The notes beneath the pieces are model-generated. The model was not told where the DNA came from. It saw only the letters and a program-made list of their open reading frames with translations, and searched no databases. A stretch of DNA of 64,000 nucleotides, taken from the NCBI GenBank assembly GCA_965235115.1, contig OZ249436.1, positions 31,622,001 to 31,686,000 of the forward strand. Reading direction: 5' to 3'. Positions within the stretch are counted from its first letter, which is position 1, and every line of letters starts with the position of its first letter. A program made the translations under genes and the position numbers. The DNA comes from Laetmonice hystrix. Lineage: Eukaryota. Below, one piece after another: positions 40,883-55,596 of the stretch.

Positions 40883-43271
40883 CCCCACCAAAAGCATTAT
40901 ATCTTAAACACCTATATAGGCAGGATGCCTTTGTTATTGGGCCGTCTAACCTTTGCGATATGGATGCATCTCTAAACTTGCTCATTTCTAATGCTGAAAA
41001 ATAGTATGTATAGCATGCATTCATGAATGTAGCATTATTACATGCCCTCTTTAGGTGTGTTAATCTAGGTCGTTATTATATGGAGCTAAGGTCAATCGCA
41101 TATTATATGTGCAGGAGGTGTAATTTTGTGGAGAGCCCCCCCCCCCTCCCCCATATACCGCATCACGCAGTATATTGTGAAGGGTGATCCGAACACGGAT
41201 TGGAATCTTGGTGTCCAAGTCCTAATTGGTGCAGCTTGCCAACCACGCCGCCGGGACACATGCAGGTAGGTGGTCAGTGGGGGGACAATGGGCCCCTACC
41301 CCCGGTCACCCCGGTCTGTTCTCTCGCCACTGCATCATTGGCCGCCGCCCTAATTGTCCCGCCTAATGTCCCTTAATAATATATGAATATTGCAGCATGA
41401 TTCCGGGTAGCATTTGCCATTTGCAACAAGCATGGTGGGACAGCGACGTGAGGCTGCTCCCCAACCAGCCCGAGGTACTGTGGTACGTGTGTGTTTGTAT
41501 ATATATGTACATACAGACTAACACAGCCGGCTGGTGCCAGCGCCACGTGGGTATACCATATACATCGAATGGTGGATATCAGACCCTCCCGTCATGGGAC
41601 TCCCCTACAGATCAGATGTGTCAACTTTAGTTTTACCCTTATACTAACAAGGTTTCCAAAACTATGGTTGAAAATTCTTCTCTTCACGAGTTGAGCAGTG
41701 ATAAATCAAGCACGACATGATGGGCCTGAGTCTATTTAATTGCGTAATACACATCCTGCATGGTACGGTTTTTCTTATTCTCATGAGAATCTCACAGCCA
41801 GAGAACCGCCTCGGGGCCGCACGCCAAAAAGGTGCGTATGGAAGGGGGAAGGCCCGGATTGAGGGTGCTTTCTTGACCATTCATATTTCCATTTGGGTTC
41901 AAACCCGGATTGTGGGCCGGGTTTTCGCGGAAAGTTAACACTTGGCTTATCAGCAAATACATGTATAACACTTAAAAGGCGTTCCGGTATAGTCCTCCCT
42001 GCAAGGGGGTTTGTCGCACCCCTATCGAGACAGGAGCGACGGGAGGGACACCGCTGTGCATTTCTAGTTGTTCCGCAATTTGTGTTAACGTCCTGGAGAA
42101 ACAGGGAAAAATCGCGTGTCCTAGTAACCCAGCCCTATGGAACGGTACCACTTGGCGCCACCCCAATTCATTAAAAAGATGCGCACGATATAGACATATT
42201 CATTTCACATTATTAGTCTGCAGTACATCTTCTTTTTTCGTCTTCCTAATTAAATATACGTAACATGGCGCATAGGCTCTACGCAGTGGGCTGCAGGCCC
42301 GTTCCCTATAGGCCACTAAAAAGTAGGCAATAAAACAAATAGGCCAAAAATGACGGTATCCCCTTAACACGTTCCCAAAGCTTCGTACCACTTGTGTACC
42401 CCTATACTATAATGATTTACAACACCTCTAAATAGTGTTAACATGAAATGGACTCTTTAAATGATGTTGCTTTGTCTATGTTGTCATTCCATATCACATT
42501 TTTAGTCACAAGACAAGTTTCCCCCCGCCATTATTTTCTTGTCCTTTCTGTAATGTCTAACCCTTTACAAAGTCCACGGAATGAGTGTAGGCGAGATTAC
42601 ATTAACCAAAGGGTATGCTCTGGTGAATAAACCGAAACATCAGAGGTAGTTTCTCAACCCTATAAGGCGGATCCACACTGAGGGATCAATAGTTAACGTG
42701 TATTACCACTACACTGTAGTAAACGATGGACACTTTGTCCCATTTCTTGTACCTGCAGATCATGAAAACGGTTGCCGCTTGAGAAAGTGAATATTACAAA
42801 GATATCAAGATTAAGAAGACCAAAATGAACGGCCAACCTTTACGTCAGTCCCGATCATGTCTCACAACATAGGACCCTCACTCAAGCACAGAAACTTTGC
42901 CGTCGGCTTTCATGGCCTTTTTTTATACGATATAATGTGATTGCTATGTAGTAGGGGTAGCTTACGTGTTAAACCCTATTGGCAATTCTAAAGATCGTCT
43001 TCTAGGCTTCCAATAATATTACAATTTCTAACATTGAGACAGAGATAGACCTACGAAATCCTTGAGAGGATCTATTCTATACCCGGGGGCTGACTGGGAA
43101 ACTGCATTTGGGAGTTCCAGATTCATGACAAAGAGTCTCATGGAAAATCTTTGGTAGCTAATTCACAGTTTACCTTTACCGGAGCCTTGCGGACGGTTCC
43201 ACCATCAATTGGTTTATTCTATTAATTTCAATAAATGGGACTTGAGAGGGAAACAAACAAAAAACACGTAC

Positions 43272-43463
43272 CTGGCCGCGGTATTCGTAGCCCAGGTCGG
43301 ACGCGACCTCACGGGCTATCTGCTCCCCGCCCGGGATGTGAACGGCCCATTCATTGGTGAAGTGTCCCTGAGAGCGGGCGTGTACGGCAGTCGTGCCCGC
43401 ATCATCCAGCAAACAAGCGCATACCACCAGCAGCAGCAACCACAACCCCTGGGTGCCAACCAT
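43272..43463 (-). CDS. PCSK1: Prohormone convertase 1/3-like, coding exon 1 (signal peptide + start of prodomain)
   Basis: ATG at 43463; MVGTQGLWLLLLVVCAC hydrophobic signal; HFTNEWAVHIPGG..A..VA..LGY S8 prodomain motif; ends RGQ|GTACGT donor, phase 0, 192 nt. Confidence 0.9.
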
Positions 43464-43776
43464 ACTACGCACCCACCGCTTCGCCAACCGATCAAACTCC
43501 AAAACTGGATCAGGTCAGCATACGGGCATATAGGTCTCGTCCGATAAAATAACTGTTGGAGCGCAACTTTGGTCAACAGAGAGCAAAGAGGGTAGCGCTG
43601 TAGAAACTTTGCCAATGTACGGCAAGTCCGTTGTCCTTGTCCAAGAAGCAAGAGGGCGTTGTAAGGCGGTAAATAAGACAGTTCTGCGTGGCACGTTACG
43701 CCCTGTACTTGCTTCCCGGCTCCATGGGGGGAAGTAGAACCCGACGACAGATGTCACTCGAGTTAAGAGCAGCTTC

Positions 43777-43870
43777 CGTCACGTACTCGGCATTTTCAAC
43801 TCGCGGACGCGTGACGCCGTCTGCTCTTGGACGAACGCGCATCCGGACTGCGCCGAACGTGGTGACGTCA
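43777..43870. promoter_or_regulatory. CRE cluster in the putative PC1/3 proximal promoter
   Basis: Palindromic TGACGTCA at 43863-43870 plus half-sites CGTCA (43777) and TGACG (43812) in a CpG-rich patch 310-410 bp upstream of the ATG. Confidence 0.5.
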
Positions 43871-46800
43871 TCCCGCGCCCCCACAGGATGATGCTTCGTG
43901 GCCATCTGCGAAATGGTACAAATTACAGCAGGACCGGACATGGGGGAACTCGAAGACCAACTATTGTACACATCTAAACGTTGACGGTCTGGTACATGAG
44001 CGGAGAAAGAGTGACTGTGTCACAAAATCGATGCCGATCACAATGAGCGAAATCGGCTACCCGTTCGCGAAAATAATTGTGCATCGAGTCCCATCGAACT
44101 GGCTTCCAGTGTGACGTGCTGTATGTAGGCCTATCCCGCTCTGGCCGGCTGTTCAAACAACACGGTCGCCTCATCTTCCGGACGTTTGACATAGGCTATC
44201 ATTCTGTACACGCCATTTGTCAGCGTCGGGTGGCTGTCCCAGCGTTTTGTGTGCTACTGTCGGCTATCGTTTGGCCTTTGCATGGGAGATGGGATGTGGG
44301 TAGGCCCTAAAACTAGTCGTGTCAATATCAGACGGTCGGTCATTTCAGTCCATTATAGATTATAAATATTATGCCATTCGTCAATCATGAGAGCAAAGGT
44401 CAAATGGAGGTAGGCCTAAATGATCCAAGCAACCTTACGTTGTTCGGAGCTCGTATAGGAGCAAATGTTATCACAGTCACAATGACTGTTTGGATACATA
44501 TTCATCCTCAACCTTCATGTCCCTATTACGGCATGCAGAGTCCTTCTCAAAACAGCTGATAAATAAAAGAATAGGCCCATAGTATTCTGAGTTAGTACCA
44601 TATCGCCAAAGAAAGCTACTTAAAACTTATGTATGATTTCCTATAAATACTACCTTTGGTGAGCCTTTGCCAAAACATGATAAACTATTTTTTCTCTGGA
44701 AATGCGTGTATTAAATAGAAAAGACAATAGATACCAACTGACTCTAGAAGTAATAGATTTTATATTGAATTCTCACCCCATTTTGATCGTCAGTCTCATG
44801 AACAAGTCTAGACATTTCTGTGCATGTTACGGGCCCCTGTAGATAATGACATGTTGATTAGTCATGCTGCATACCGTTGTTAGCACGAGCACGTGCATGA
44901 AGCACGCAGGTGAGCAATAGCCAGCTGTTGTCACTGCAAACCAGTATTATGACATTATATCACTGTATCATTAACACATAATCACCATTACTTCTAAAAG
45001 AGCATTAATTATACCGTGTAGGTTATATAATGTTTCGAATATTATCGAATACAATTCTTGCATTTATTTCTTTCGCCTTTTGTCACTCTCTGACAAGAAG
45101 AAGCCTATGTCCACATTTTGTTGTTGCAGTATACGCTCAAGCGCTCTCTGTTAGATATGCCCCCCCCCCCCTTCCTATACTTTCCTTCGCGAAAAGGCTC
45201 AAGTCTTCCGTGAAACGATCACTCGGAAGCATCTTCCAGCGACCTTTGACTTGGACTGTTCTGACCCAGTTCTTACTTATAACAGTCACTGCATTTTGAA
45301 TGAATCAAGCTGATGACCGAACGTGGGAGGAAATTCAGGAAAACGATGCATTAGCTTCTGACCAGGAATAGCCTATGGCATTGGTGTCCTTGGCAGCCGG
45401 CGGCTGGAACGTTTAGCGTCGAGGGTAACAGCCCTGTGGACCCCTGAGGAACGCGGGCAGACGGAGGGGTCGCTCTCCTCCCCCTCCAACTCTCTGGGGA
45501 ACGGGAAAGGACGGCATATTGATTCATACGTTTAGCTCTCCGCCCTCAACCTCCCCCGACATGCAGGAAACCAATATGATCAGGCTTTCATCGAGTCTTT
45601 AATATTCATCTTGATATATCATGTATAAATACATTTGGCTGAGGATGAGCATTATCGGCACTGTTTCTCTAATCGTTCTCTCATGATATGACGTTTTGGC
45701 AGGAAGGCAGACCAGAGTGCCAGCTGTACGACAGGAAATCGGTGCGGGTTTTTTTTCTTCTTGGTCCTTTTTTTTTTTTCTTTCTTATAATAACTTACAC
45801 TTCTCTCTTGTGGTTTCTTTGAACTAGACGCCGTGGGGCCTGCTGACTGTCGTCATGCGTGCCGACTGCTGTCGTAAACTCTCTCAGCGACCATCCAAAC
45901 GTGTCTCTGACTGGTAAAGAACAAGAACCAGAAATCATCACACTCTTCACGTAACTATTCCCACCTAATAAAAATCAACGAAAGGAAAAAGCCCGATAAT
46001 TACGGGCGGTTGCCTCTCTTCTGTTCCGCAGAATTGTAATTATTTCTTTCGATTGTACCCGCCAATAGCGGACTCCTTAACACATTCGATTGATCTTATC
46101 CCCCTCCAGCGCAGTGGCGTCACTCACGGGTGATATCAATCTAATTAGGTCAGTCTTCACATTTGTAAATATTATTGCTAACGTTTAAGTAGTTCAAGAA
46201 AAGAACACATCAAAAGGAATTTCACCCCGAGCTCCCACCAAAAGAAATAGTCATGACTGAACTTAGTGCGATGAAATGAAAACGCCTGCTGGGTTTCCTC
46301 CGCCAGCGAAAATCAGAGGTCTCATGGCTGGATTGCCTCAGTCCGGTCAGTTCCGTTATGTTCGTTTCTATACAATAGTCATATATAGCGATACCGTAGG
46401 TTCATTGAATTCCATAATGTCCATAGGTTGATCCATTGTCCTACATGTCTCTGAAACAAAACAATCTAAAGATAGAAAAAGCTCATTCACGTGAGCCTGG
46501 ATCTATGACTTTGGGATTGGAGGGAGTGGTCTAACTCGGTAGGTTCATTCACGTGGGCCTGGATATGACTTTGTAACATGGCGTGGATGGCGGTCTAACC
46601 GTTTTGAAAGCCGAAACTCGTCACCACACCATCATGATAGGCCTAAACATGAACTACAACCCCATATAGTTAGCCCTAAACGTAGATTTACAATTACGAT
46701 TGTAACTGGTGTAAATGTTGACCTTTCCATCGATTTGTCGATGCATACAAAAGGATCGCTATGTGCATTACCTTTTTGGTAACTTATCAATTCGCCTCGC

Positions 46801-47072
46801 CCCTTCATCAAGCTAGCCCTAACGTATTTACCCACCAGATCACACTGATTTCGGTTCTTCGTACAATATCATAAGGTCTACAGCCTGTTGAATCGCATTA
46901 CCTCTAATTACAATTTGCGCCGTCCACAACTTCCGCCACCTGAAGTACCGGTAGTACGAGATCTCGGCCACCGTGACTGAGCAGTTCCGAGGTACCCAAA
47001 ATGGTGCCATTGCAGACGATGCGCATAGACCGTTGGAGTAAAACCACCGTAAAGAATGAGATATACTGAAAG

Positions 47073-47245
47073 CAGGGCCGTAATTCAGAGGGGGGGGGGG
47101 GGTTATGGGGGCTTAACACCCCCCCCCCTCAATATTTCAGTGTTGCCTAATAACTACTTTACCAGGGAGAACTTTGGATCTGTTCGCCGAGCCGCCTCAA
47201 TAATTCCATAGCCCCCTCAATAATTTGATGGAAATTACGGGCCTG
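47073..47245. mobile_element. CAGGG-terminal MITE with 5-bp TSD
   Basis: cagggccgtaatt/aattacgggcctg; flanks gaaag/taaag. Confidence 0.65.
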
Positions 47246-47862
47246 TAAAGGAAAGTCGCTCAGACACTCAGATTGTATGTCATACATGATTTAGATTTTG
47301 TTGGTAAGTTACCCAGAATCGTGTCCACTTGCCACCACTCGGTCATCTTGGTTTAAAATGTAAACAGTATAACCCTAGTCAGCAGCGAAGCGGAGAACTG
47401 ACTACAGGTAGCCGGGTCCCCAGCTCTATATTAACTTCGTATATAGAGCTTGGTGTAGGCCAATCGAAGCGAGCATTGTGATTGGCCCATCGAAAACATG
47501 GACGCAAACCAGGTATAGTTCCGTACCCTCCGTATTTCTCCAACAAGATACAAATATTTTCGTCAATCCCTTTAAAATACAAGTGTTAAATGTCCTCGCT
47601 TTTCTGGATGTAAACATAGCGTCACCAGTCCCCACACCTGCAACGGTCTGCATACGCAGTCGCATGTTGGCCACTCCCGGCCACGCTCCAAGCAGAAGTC
47701 GATCACTCTGTTAACGCCGGAGGCGGAAGTGATTAGCTCCGAGGCGGAAGTGCTTGGAGATCACCACTTCCGTTTTACAGCTTTCTGTTAGCCATCACCG
47801 GGCCTAACATCAAGCGGATGCGTATGGTAAGGCACCGGGGACCAGGCTATGACTACAGGCTG

Positions 47863-48034
47863 CAAGAGTGTAGCCAGGGGGGTTTCCTGGAAACCCCCCT
47901 CCCCAAAAAAAGATAATTAATAACTATTTAAATAACTAAATAGATCTAAATGAATTACTAATATTACGGTTGGGACCCCCCCCCCCCTATCTCAGCCCCC
48001 CCCCCCCCTTATCTCAGTTCTGCCTACACTCCTG
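47863..48034. mobile_element. CA(A/G)G-terminal MITE with 5-bp TSD
   Basis: caagagtgtag/ctacactcctg; flanks ggctg/ggttg. Confidence 0.55.
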
Positions 48035-49266
48035 GGTTGACTAGTCTAACTATTGCTATACATACAGGCTACACTATAAATATCGGCATTTTCAGCTGTC
48101 GAACTTCTTTTGTAGAGCCAGCGGTCATTTTAGTCACTTTCTGATGAGTGGACTATATGACCGGCCCTCTTGTACCGTATAGATCTAAGTATTTGTCTAA
48201 AATAGTGGTTTTCGTGAACCTTCCTCATTACACTAAGTATATAGGCCCACACGTGGAACTGTAGCAATGCTTTACGATTAGGGGACTACTGTATCGGATT
48301 CACTTTGAGCAGTACTGTACCGTGCAGTTTTATCAAATTTGTATAGGCGTCGTCATTGGCCGTGACCTGGCCGTTTTTCATTGTCGCTGAATCACAGGTG
48401 ATGTATCGGCCGGCGTTTGACTTCATTTGTTGGCGCCAGTCTCTTCATTATTGATGCGGTCACATTGGGACTGATTGAAGCGAGAGGTTAGGACGATCGC
48501 AAGTATATGGCTGCCCTGCAGTCGCCGCTTTGTGGGGGCAGACTGTGTTAAATGGGTTCCTGTAGACCCTGTCGTGTCACTCCGTACATACCGTACCTGA
48601 TCGCTTCGACAAACAGCCAGACAGTGGGTGATGAGGCTAGTAAATAGTCGTTCACTGTCACTCGAAGGGCAAATTGCTTCCTCTAATTGATCTTCCATTG
48701 TTTAAATACCATTAACTTCGGCTGTGTGTAACGGCAAACAAAAAGATGTTACCCTCCGTCCGAGCCATGACGTCACTTCCTGACTGCACGCAGCGCCATC
48801 TATAGCACCAGAAATATTGCATGTCTGTGGAAAGGGCCTTGATTGAACCGCCTTTAATACTGACTTAACTTTGTCTTTCAAGATATGCTTATGAATTGAT
48901 TTAAAGAATGAATGACCAAATCTGCCTCAATGTATTTATTTTGATTCTCATTTCGTTTTTGATTTTGATTTTGATTGATGTTCTCGGATCGAGCAGGGTC
49001 ATGAAGTCTGTCTCTCGAGAGTCTGATTTTTAACGTTCGACACCGCGACGTTCCAAACATCATGAAGAGACGCGAGGAAAGAAAATTCGCATCACATTAA
49101 AACTTATGTGCCAAAATGTAAGGAACCCCCTGATTACGGATACCTTAGTGTGTTTAAGCCACCCAAAGTCGTCAAACACTTGGCCTGCTCCTGGAAATAT
49201 ATATTTCGTTTATCCGATCACGTGTTATTTTTAGTCTACAAATCTCTTTGCTTCCGTTATTGACTA

Positions 49267-49489
49267 CTACGGCAGCATTTTAGTGCCACACAATACTTTT
49301 TTAAATCTCGTTATTACGACTTAAAATCTCGTAATTATGACTTACTATATCGTTAATACGACTTTTAAAGAAGTCGTAATTACGAGATAAAAAGTCGTAA
49401 TTACGAGATAAAAAGTCGTAATAACGAGAATAAAAGTCCTTATTACGAGATTTTAACAAATATTGTGTGGTACTTATACGCTGCCGTAG
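49267..49489. mobile_element. Palindromic MITE (TA-flanked)
   Basis: ctacggcagc..ccacacaata / tattgtgtgg..gctgccgtag with internal gtcgtaattacgag repeats. Confidence 0.65.
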
Positions 49490-50467
49490 ATTCCAGCACT
49501 TCCCATTCGTATTTAATTACATGTATGCACGTGGGACCCTAACCCTATCTTTGGAATGCAGATAACGTCGGACAAAATTTAAATAAGCCGCCGTACAATT
49601 TAACAAAACTTGTGGTAGGCTATTTACTTCAGGTTTTCAATTCCATAACAGATCAATGCACGACATAACATGTATGAAGCGTTTCTATATCTGGGGTTAA
49701 GGAATGGGAGAGATAACAAATGGATATACACATGTAGTCCCATCTGAAATGGCTTAGATCTACTGCTATAGAGCTGACCTGTTTCCTAAAGTAAACGATA
49801 ACAACAAAAACAAAACAAACAAACAATAATCAACAAATGGTGATCACAGGATGACCCGTCCAGTCTGTGCAAGTTACAAAATCCATATCTCGGGGGTCAG
49901 GTTGCAACACATTATAAAGATCAGTTCCGTGATATACGCCAGAGGTTTACATTACCCATGCACTCCCTGGAAAACACGGGTTCAATGCATAATAGAGCAA
50001 TCAGCAAATGGTCTGCCCGCCTGACAGGGACGAGCCAATCATTTGTAGTGTTCAACTACAGAAATCATCACGACGAAGCGGTGTCATCACGGACAGTTAA
50101 ATTCACGGAGGCATCGAATGATTCGCTCATTCACACCTTTTCTTTGTTAATCATAATGGGGACCTCCGGGGACGTCCCGCTGCCTTCCATGTAATGAGAT
50201 ACATATTACCTATTCATACAAGTACAAATAATTCAGTTCCATGTTTTCTAATGTTGCACGCCAGCTGTTCTCGATAGTGTAGACAACCACTGATAAGCCA
50301 GGAAGTCAGCACCAAAAACGTTGTCAGTTCACACCACTCGCTTCGGTGAAATTTTACAATAGTTCTTGATGAATTAGGTGAAAAACTGATTCTCAAGTTT
50401 CCCCATGTGCCTGCCATGCTGGTACATTTTAGTATCCTTATATACTACATGTATTATTTTAATTATA

Positions 50468-50690
50468 TCGGGTGGACATAAAAAAACAGTCGAACTGTGG
50501 CGTTAAATATTTCACAAACCCTATATCACAAGCTTATGAAAATTTACCAGAGTAAACACCTCGATGTTCATAATATCTAGTCAAATTAAAATTGTGTCTC
50601 AAAAATTGCTGTTCCAGACTTAGTTGTCATGACGTCTTACCTGGTTTTACTTGAACCGGTGGTCAAGTTAGTGTTTTTATGCCCACCCTA
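50468..50690. mobile_element. Tc1/mariner-like MITE
   Basis: TA|tcgggtggacataaaaa...tttttatgcccacccta|TA. Confidence 0.55.
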
Positions 50691-53325
50691 TATGTTATAC
50701 AAATTAGGGGTATATGTTTAAGCATGCGTTTGTGTAGTATCTCCAGTAAGATTTATTTAAGAATTAAAGAAAAGGGGACGCTCTCTCGAAAAGAGAAGGC
50801 ACCGCAAAATCCCGGACATTTTAGATGTTGAAAAAAAAATCTGTTACTCACGCAGAGTTAATAGAACCAAAAGGGGAGACAGGTCCGGGAAGATGCGGAC
50901 GTATAAGATACCAATGGGTAGGTTGGCACATGCGGACGTAATTAAGATACCAATGGGTAGGTTGGCACATGCGGACGCTGGTTGACTTTAAGTGGTTCAG
51001 GGATCAACAATCAATCATTAATGCCGTATCGATCTCGACAAGGATATCCTGTGAACCAGAGTCCCGTCGGGTATCCGGGACGAGCGGCGGGTACCACCCC
51101 CCCCCCCCTCCCACCGGAGCCCAAGCCGGGTTGAAATGGGCACTGGTTGTGGTCAGACGACCTGTAAATGTCCGTCGCCATCTCCGTACGGGTTGAGACC
51201 AGTGGTACCATTTGACAGTAATGCCTGACGTCCTGGTATGGATCCCGGACTTCAGTTATGCCGTTAATAGCCGAGCATGTCCTTTGTTGTGGACGCCAAG
51301 GTTGGTCGGTGTTATCAGTTCATGTTATGTGGAGGCCGGTTGATATACGACAGGCTGGACGTCAATATAACCCAATAGAGAGAGAGAATGGTACCTGGCA
51401 ACACTCCACATACCGCACATGGATTAGTTACCCTTTTTGTGAATATTAGGTTTTGTGATTAAAGCCGTTATTCTAGTGTCCGCCACATTTTCAATGCATG
51501 TCAGGAAAGTTATCAGTCATTTAGCATTATTATTCAAACAAAATTATGAAGTCCATTATAGAAAATGTTCGGTGTTTCACCATCAGTTGTTACAGCATGC
51601 GTTCTGTAGCATTCTAACCCGCTGTCCAATTAGGGACTCAATTAGTAGAACTTAATTCATAAACTGCTGGACAGCTATAGGTTGAACAAAGCGATTGATA
51701 AAACGTTCTCTTGTATTTTGGCAATTGTTGACAGTGACACCCCATGCATAATCCTGTATGACACATCTATATAGTTGTAATAAAGATGCCCTTTAAAATG
51801 TGTAAATATATTTTATATTTATTCCGTCACAAGGATAATTGTATTGTGTTACATTCACCTAATATAGGAATGAGCTACCTACCACTTGTAAAATAAAACT
51901 TAACTATGACAACAGATAATAAATATAAATATAAAGCGGAATGGCATTTTCGTTTGTTCTTCATAACATGTCGCAGTCCCTTCTTGCTATCACTTTTGGT
52001 CATACACAATAAAGCGCGCGTGTACTGAGATTTTCATACTTGAAACCATCGGCACTTATATTCAGTTCTCAGTTTTTCTCTGATAACAAACCACATAAAC
52101 TGATTACATAGAAACCAGCCCTTGCATAGCAATTCTCTTCTCAGAATATCGCATATAATTGACTTTTGTTTGCGTTGGTTGAAAGGAAGTGATCGGATCC
52201 GGGGCTTCTCGGTCTGTTATTGTGTTGAGGTTTCACTAATAATATTTCAACTACCGGTCCTAAGGTATCTCTTCAACTATAAGTAATTCTTACCATATCA
52301 CATTTCAGTGCGTCGTCGTCGGTCAGAATTAGAAATAGACCATACCATATATATTATATAATATAGTGTACGTAATTAGGTAGTTGACATGTATTTCGTG
52401 TATATGCATTAAAGCTTACTAGCTACACAAACACCGCCCGATATAACAAAACATTGTTTATGCATACGTCATTTGTCAACGTGTAAAACGTCTAGAAAAA
52501 TTGGTTCATGAGATACTTGACAGAACATGACGACACAAGGCAATACATCTTTTAGGTCAACGCTGCTGGAAAACCTTCTGTGATTAAAAAAAGGTGAAAT
52601 AAGACCGACAAAATACTCGGTCAGTCTCGGTTACTGACAGCATTGACAATGACCAATCATAGTCACGACAATTTTGTTCACATGCTTGTAAGATATCTCA
52701 TTAAACGGCAAACCCCGACTGACTTTGCCAAGTATTATTAGCATGGCGTGCTGGACTATAACTGGCATAATAAGGTTTGTCAGATTGCTATTCTCTTCAA
52801 AGGAAAACACCGTCCATGCCTACTGACCAATAATTAATATGCGGGCTTAAAAGTAACGATTCGAGACGAAAACGCCTCATCAACGGGACAAGGAGAATAC
52901 TTATCATTTCTCGAACCTGACTTTGACGTTCGAAAAACAGTTTCGTTTAGAAAAAAAACCCACCTCCTTAGTAATACACAGGGCAGTAAAGGTAAGATGG
53001 AATGTTCCTATTAGGTCTCTTTTCAACTCACACATACACACTAAGTCACACATACCAACCATTTCAGGAGCATCGTACACGGTTAGTTCTTAAAGTAAAT
53101 TAATTGTAATAACATAGTTCAGATCATTATGCCTACAGATTAAACCTATAACGTCGTTAACTACTTGTAAATCGGTGTTCTTTGCTTTGGTACCTTGGTA
53201 TATGTAGAAATATCCTAACAGTTCCGTCTGCAAGCCGGCTTTACCGTACCAAATCACTGACATTCAAGAAATGACTAGCTCTGATTGTATAACATCTGGT
53301 GGCCTTCTACAGAAGCGAGCAGCCA

Positions 53326-53862
53326 CTAAGTATTGGGCGATACGGGATTTGGTCTTGCAGCGGTCGGCCCACTTCGGTGCTCTTTGTCCAGATGCTCCTT
53401 CAGATATTGACTGTAGCGGAATCCCTCTCCACATATCGAACACAAGAAGCTGTTGATCTTGGTATGTACCGTAATGTGTGCCTTGAGATTATTGCTAGCC
53501 GTGAATCCCTTCCCGCAGTACTGACACTTGTACGGGTAGATTCCCTTGTGGGTGTTCATGTGCAGTTTGTGGCCTGACGCCGACGAGAACGTTTTGCCGC
53601 AGGTCGTACATGAGTAGGGCCTGGCCGGGCGGTCGCTCTGAAGGAACACCCGGCTCCGCTGCAGCGTGGCCGGCCAGACGTGGGGCGACATGTCGAAGGG
53701 GATGTATCGGTTGGTCGATTCGCCCTTCAGGACGAGCGCCGTCTGTTGCATCATGTGGGAAGCGAGAAGCTGAGCCATGTTCTCGTCACGGCCGCTAGAT
53801 GTCGCGTCGGATCGCTTGATGGTGTCGGCGTCGCGTGGAGTCGCAGCATGGAATGTTTCGTT
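53326..53862 (-). CDS. Alternative terminal exon D: three C2H2 zinc fingers
   Basis: ttcgactttgcatatttccag|AAC phase-0 acceptor; CTTC..HMNTH, CQYC..HITVH, CSIC..HLDKEH; own stop. Confidence 0.87.
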   Translation of the reverse strand, partial: NETFHAATPRDADTIKRSDATSSGRDENMAQLLASHMMQQTALVLKGESTNRYIPFDMSPHVWPATLQRSRVFLQSDRPARPYSCTTCGKTFSSASGHKLHMNTHKGIYPYKCQYCGKGFTASNNLKAHITVHTKINSFLCSICGEGFRYSQYLKEHLDKEHRSGPTAARPNPVSPNT

Positions 53863-55596
53863 CTGGAAATATGCAAAGTCGAAGTGGACATGAATCAACG
53901 CGGGTTTAGAATAACCTTAAAACGTTAACATTTTCAGTTGTCAGAAACCGATAGGGTGGCTGGGCCGTTTTGTACTCACTCTCAAAATAGTTGCATTAAT
54001 GCCCGCTATGCCTCCTCTCATAGCCCCTTTCCCCTCCCCTCGACTTCCTATTAATTTTATTGGATTCCTCTTGCCGCCGATAGCTACACCCCTATATAAA
54101 CACAAGGGAAGGTGTAGACGTTAATTTAATAACCTGAGTAAAATTCTACTTTTCTTCTACTACTTACATGGAAATTGCCTGCTTCAATTTAACTTTTCCA
54201 TATACTACTTAAAAAGACAGGCCTCCAAGTGGGCAGAGAAAAAAAGTTTTTTTTAAAGGTTCTCATTTCCAAAATATACAGCGTTTATACCGTCTACTAC
54301 ATTTCTCTTATACATGTACTTACATACTGTTCAAATTCTCTCCATAATATACACCCATCATGCATCGTGCCGCCCACCAGACCATATAATTCACGGCTTA
54401 TAGTAAATGCTTCATGGTATTGGTAGGGTATGTTTTGAGGGCAACCATTCCGATTCTTATGCCGCTGCCTTCACTAAATATGCCCCCAAAAACGTGCCAG
54501 GTAAACCGTTAAGCAGCACGAATCATCCCCTGAATTGCCGAAAGTCTCAAAAACAAATATTTTCGCGACAATTTGCGAAGGAAAATAAAGGTCCCAGACC
54601 GGAAATATAGGTTTTAACGGTGCTTTGAACCAAATAAAGGAAATATAATGCCATAAAAATAAAGGTTTAAAAAGGTTTTACTTGGAAGGCTGCAAAATAA
54701 GTTTCATGAACTTATATAAGAAGATGGCTAATGTACAAAATAACACAAAACACGAATGAGGAGAGGTCATTCAATAGTTGCCAAAAATATAACAAAAAGA
54801 CCGACCGTTTTGCATACATTTACATGTACATGTACTGAAATGGTCACTTTATTATAAGTTCACGCAAAATCAAAGTCGACCATCCTTGACAAAGCATATT
54901 CCTTTTCGCTGGAATATGCTTTGTATATGTATTTGTTGAACGGGGTTTTCCAATGAGGTCCTTGGCAAAGACCTGTTGCAGTGAGTGATTTAACAAAATG
55001 AGGGTTCTGGCTTCTAAGACAGAAAGAAAAGAAAACTATTAAATGCCCATATTTATTTGGTAAAGCAAACGGAAATATCGTAGAACATGACTAGCCAGCG
55101 TATTCATTGAAAAGGTCTGGGCAATACATAATCACTCCATATTAATTGCCCAAAAGACTATGATTAAGGTGCTTCTAGCGACATATCAAACAACAGCTGA
55201 CCATTAGCCGATGAAGTTATTGAAGTAAGCCTATTGATAAGGTTGATTAAAGTTCGCTCTAACAACTGCACATCTTCTTTTGTATTGGGTAAACTATGAC
55301 TTGATCCATACGAATGATGCTATCTCAGCGAGAATGACACGGTGTACACTGCCATAAAGCTATAACCATGAACGGATATACACAGTTGATAAAGTGAGTT
55401 GTCTATAAAAAGAGTTGCCGCCAAAGAGCGGAGAGGCTCTATCTATTTTGTACGTCAATGTCCACCCGACAGTTTATTATCCCTACTATTCTGTCCCTTT
55501 CAATTTTTTTCTGTCATCAATGCATGTAATGATATATATTGTGGTTGAATGTTGACATCAGCTCTGATGCTCATTGAGTCCTTGCCCGGTTGTGTA

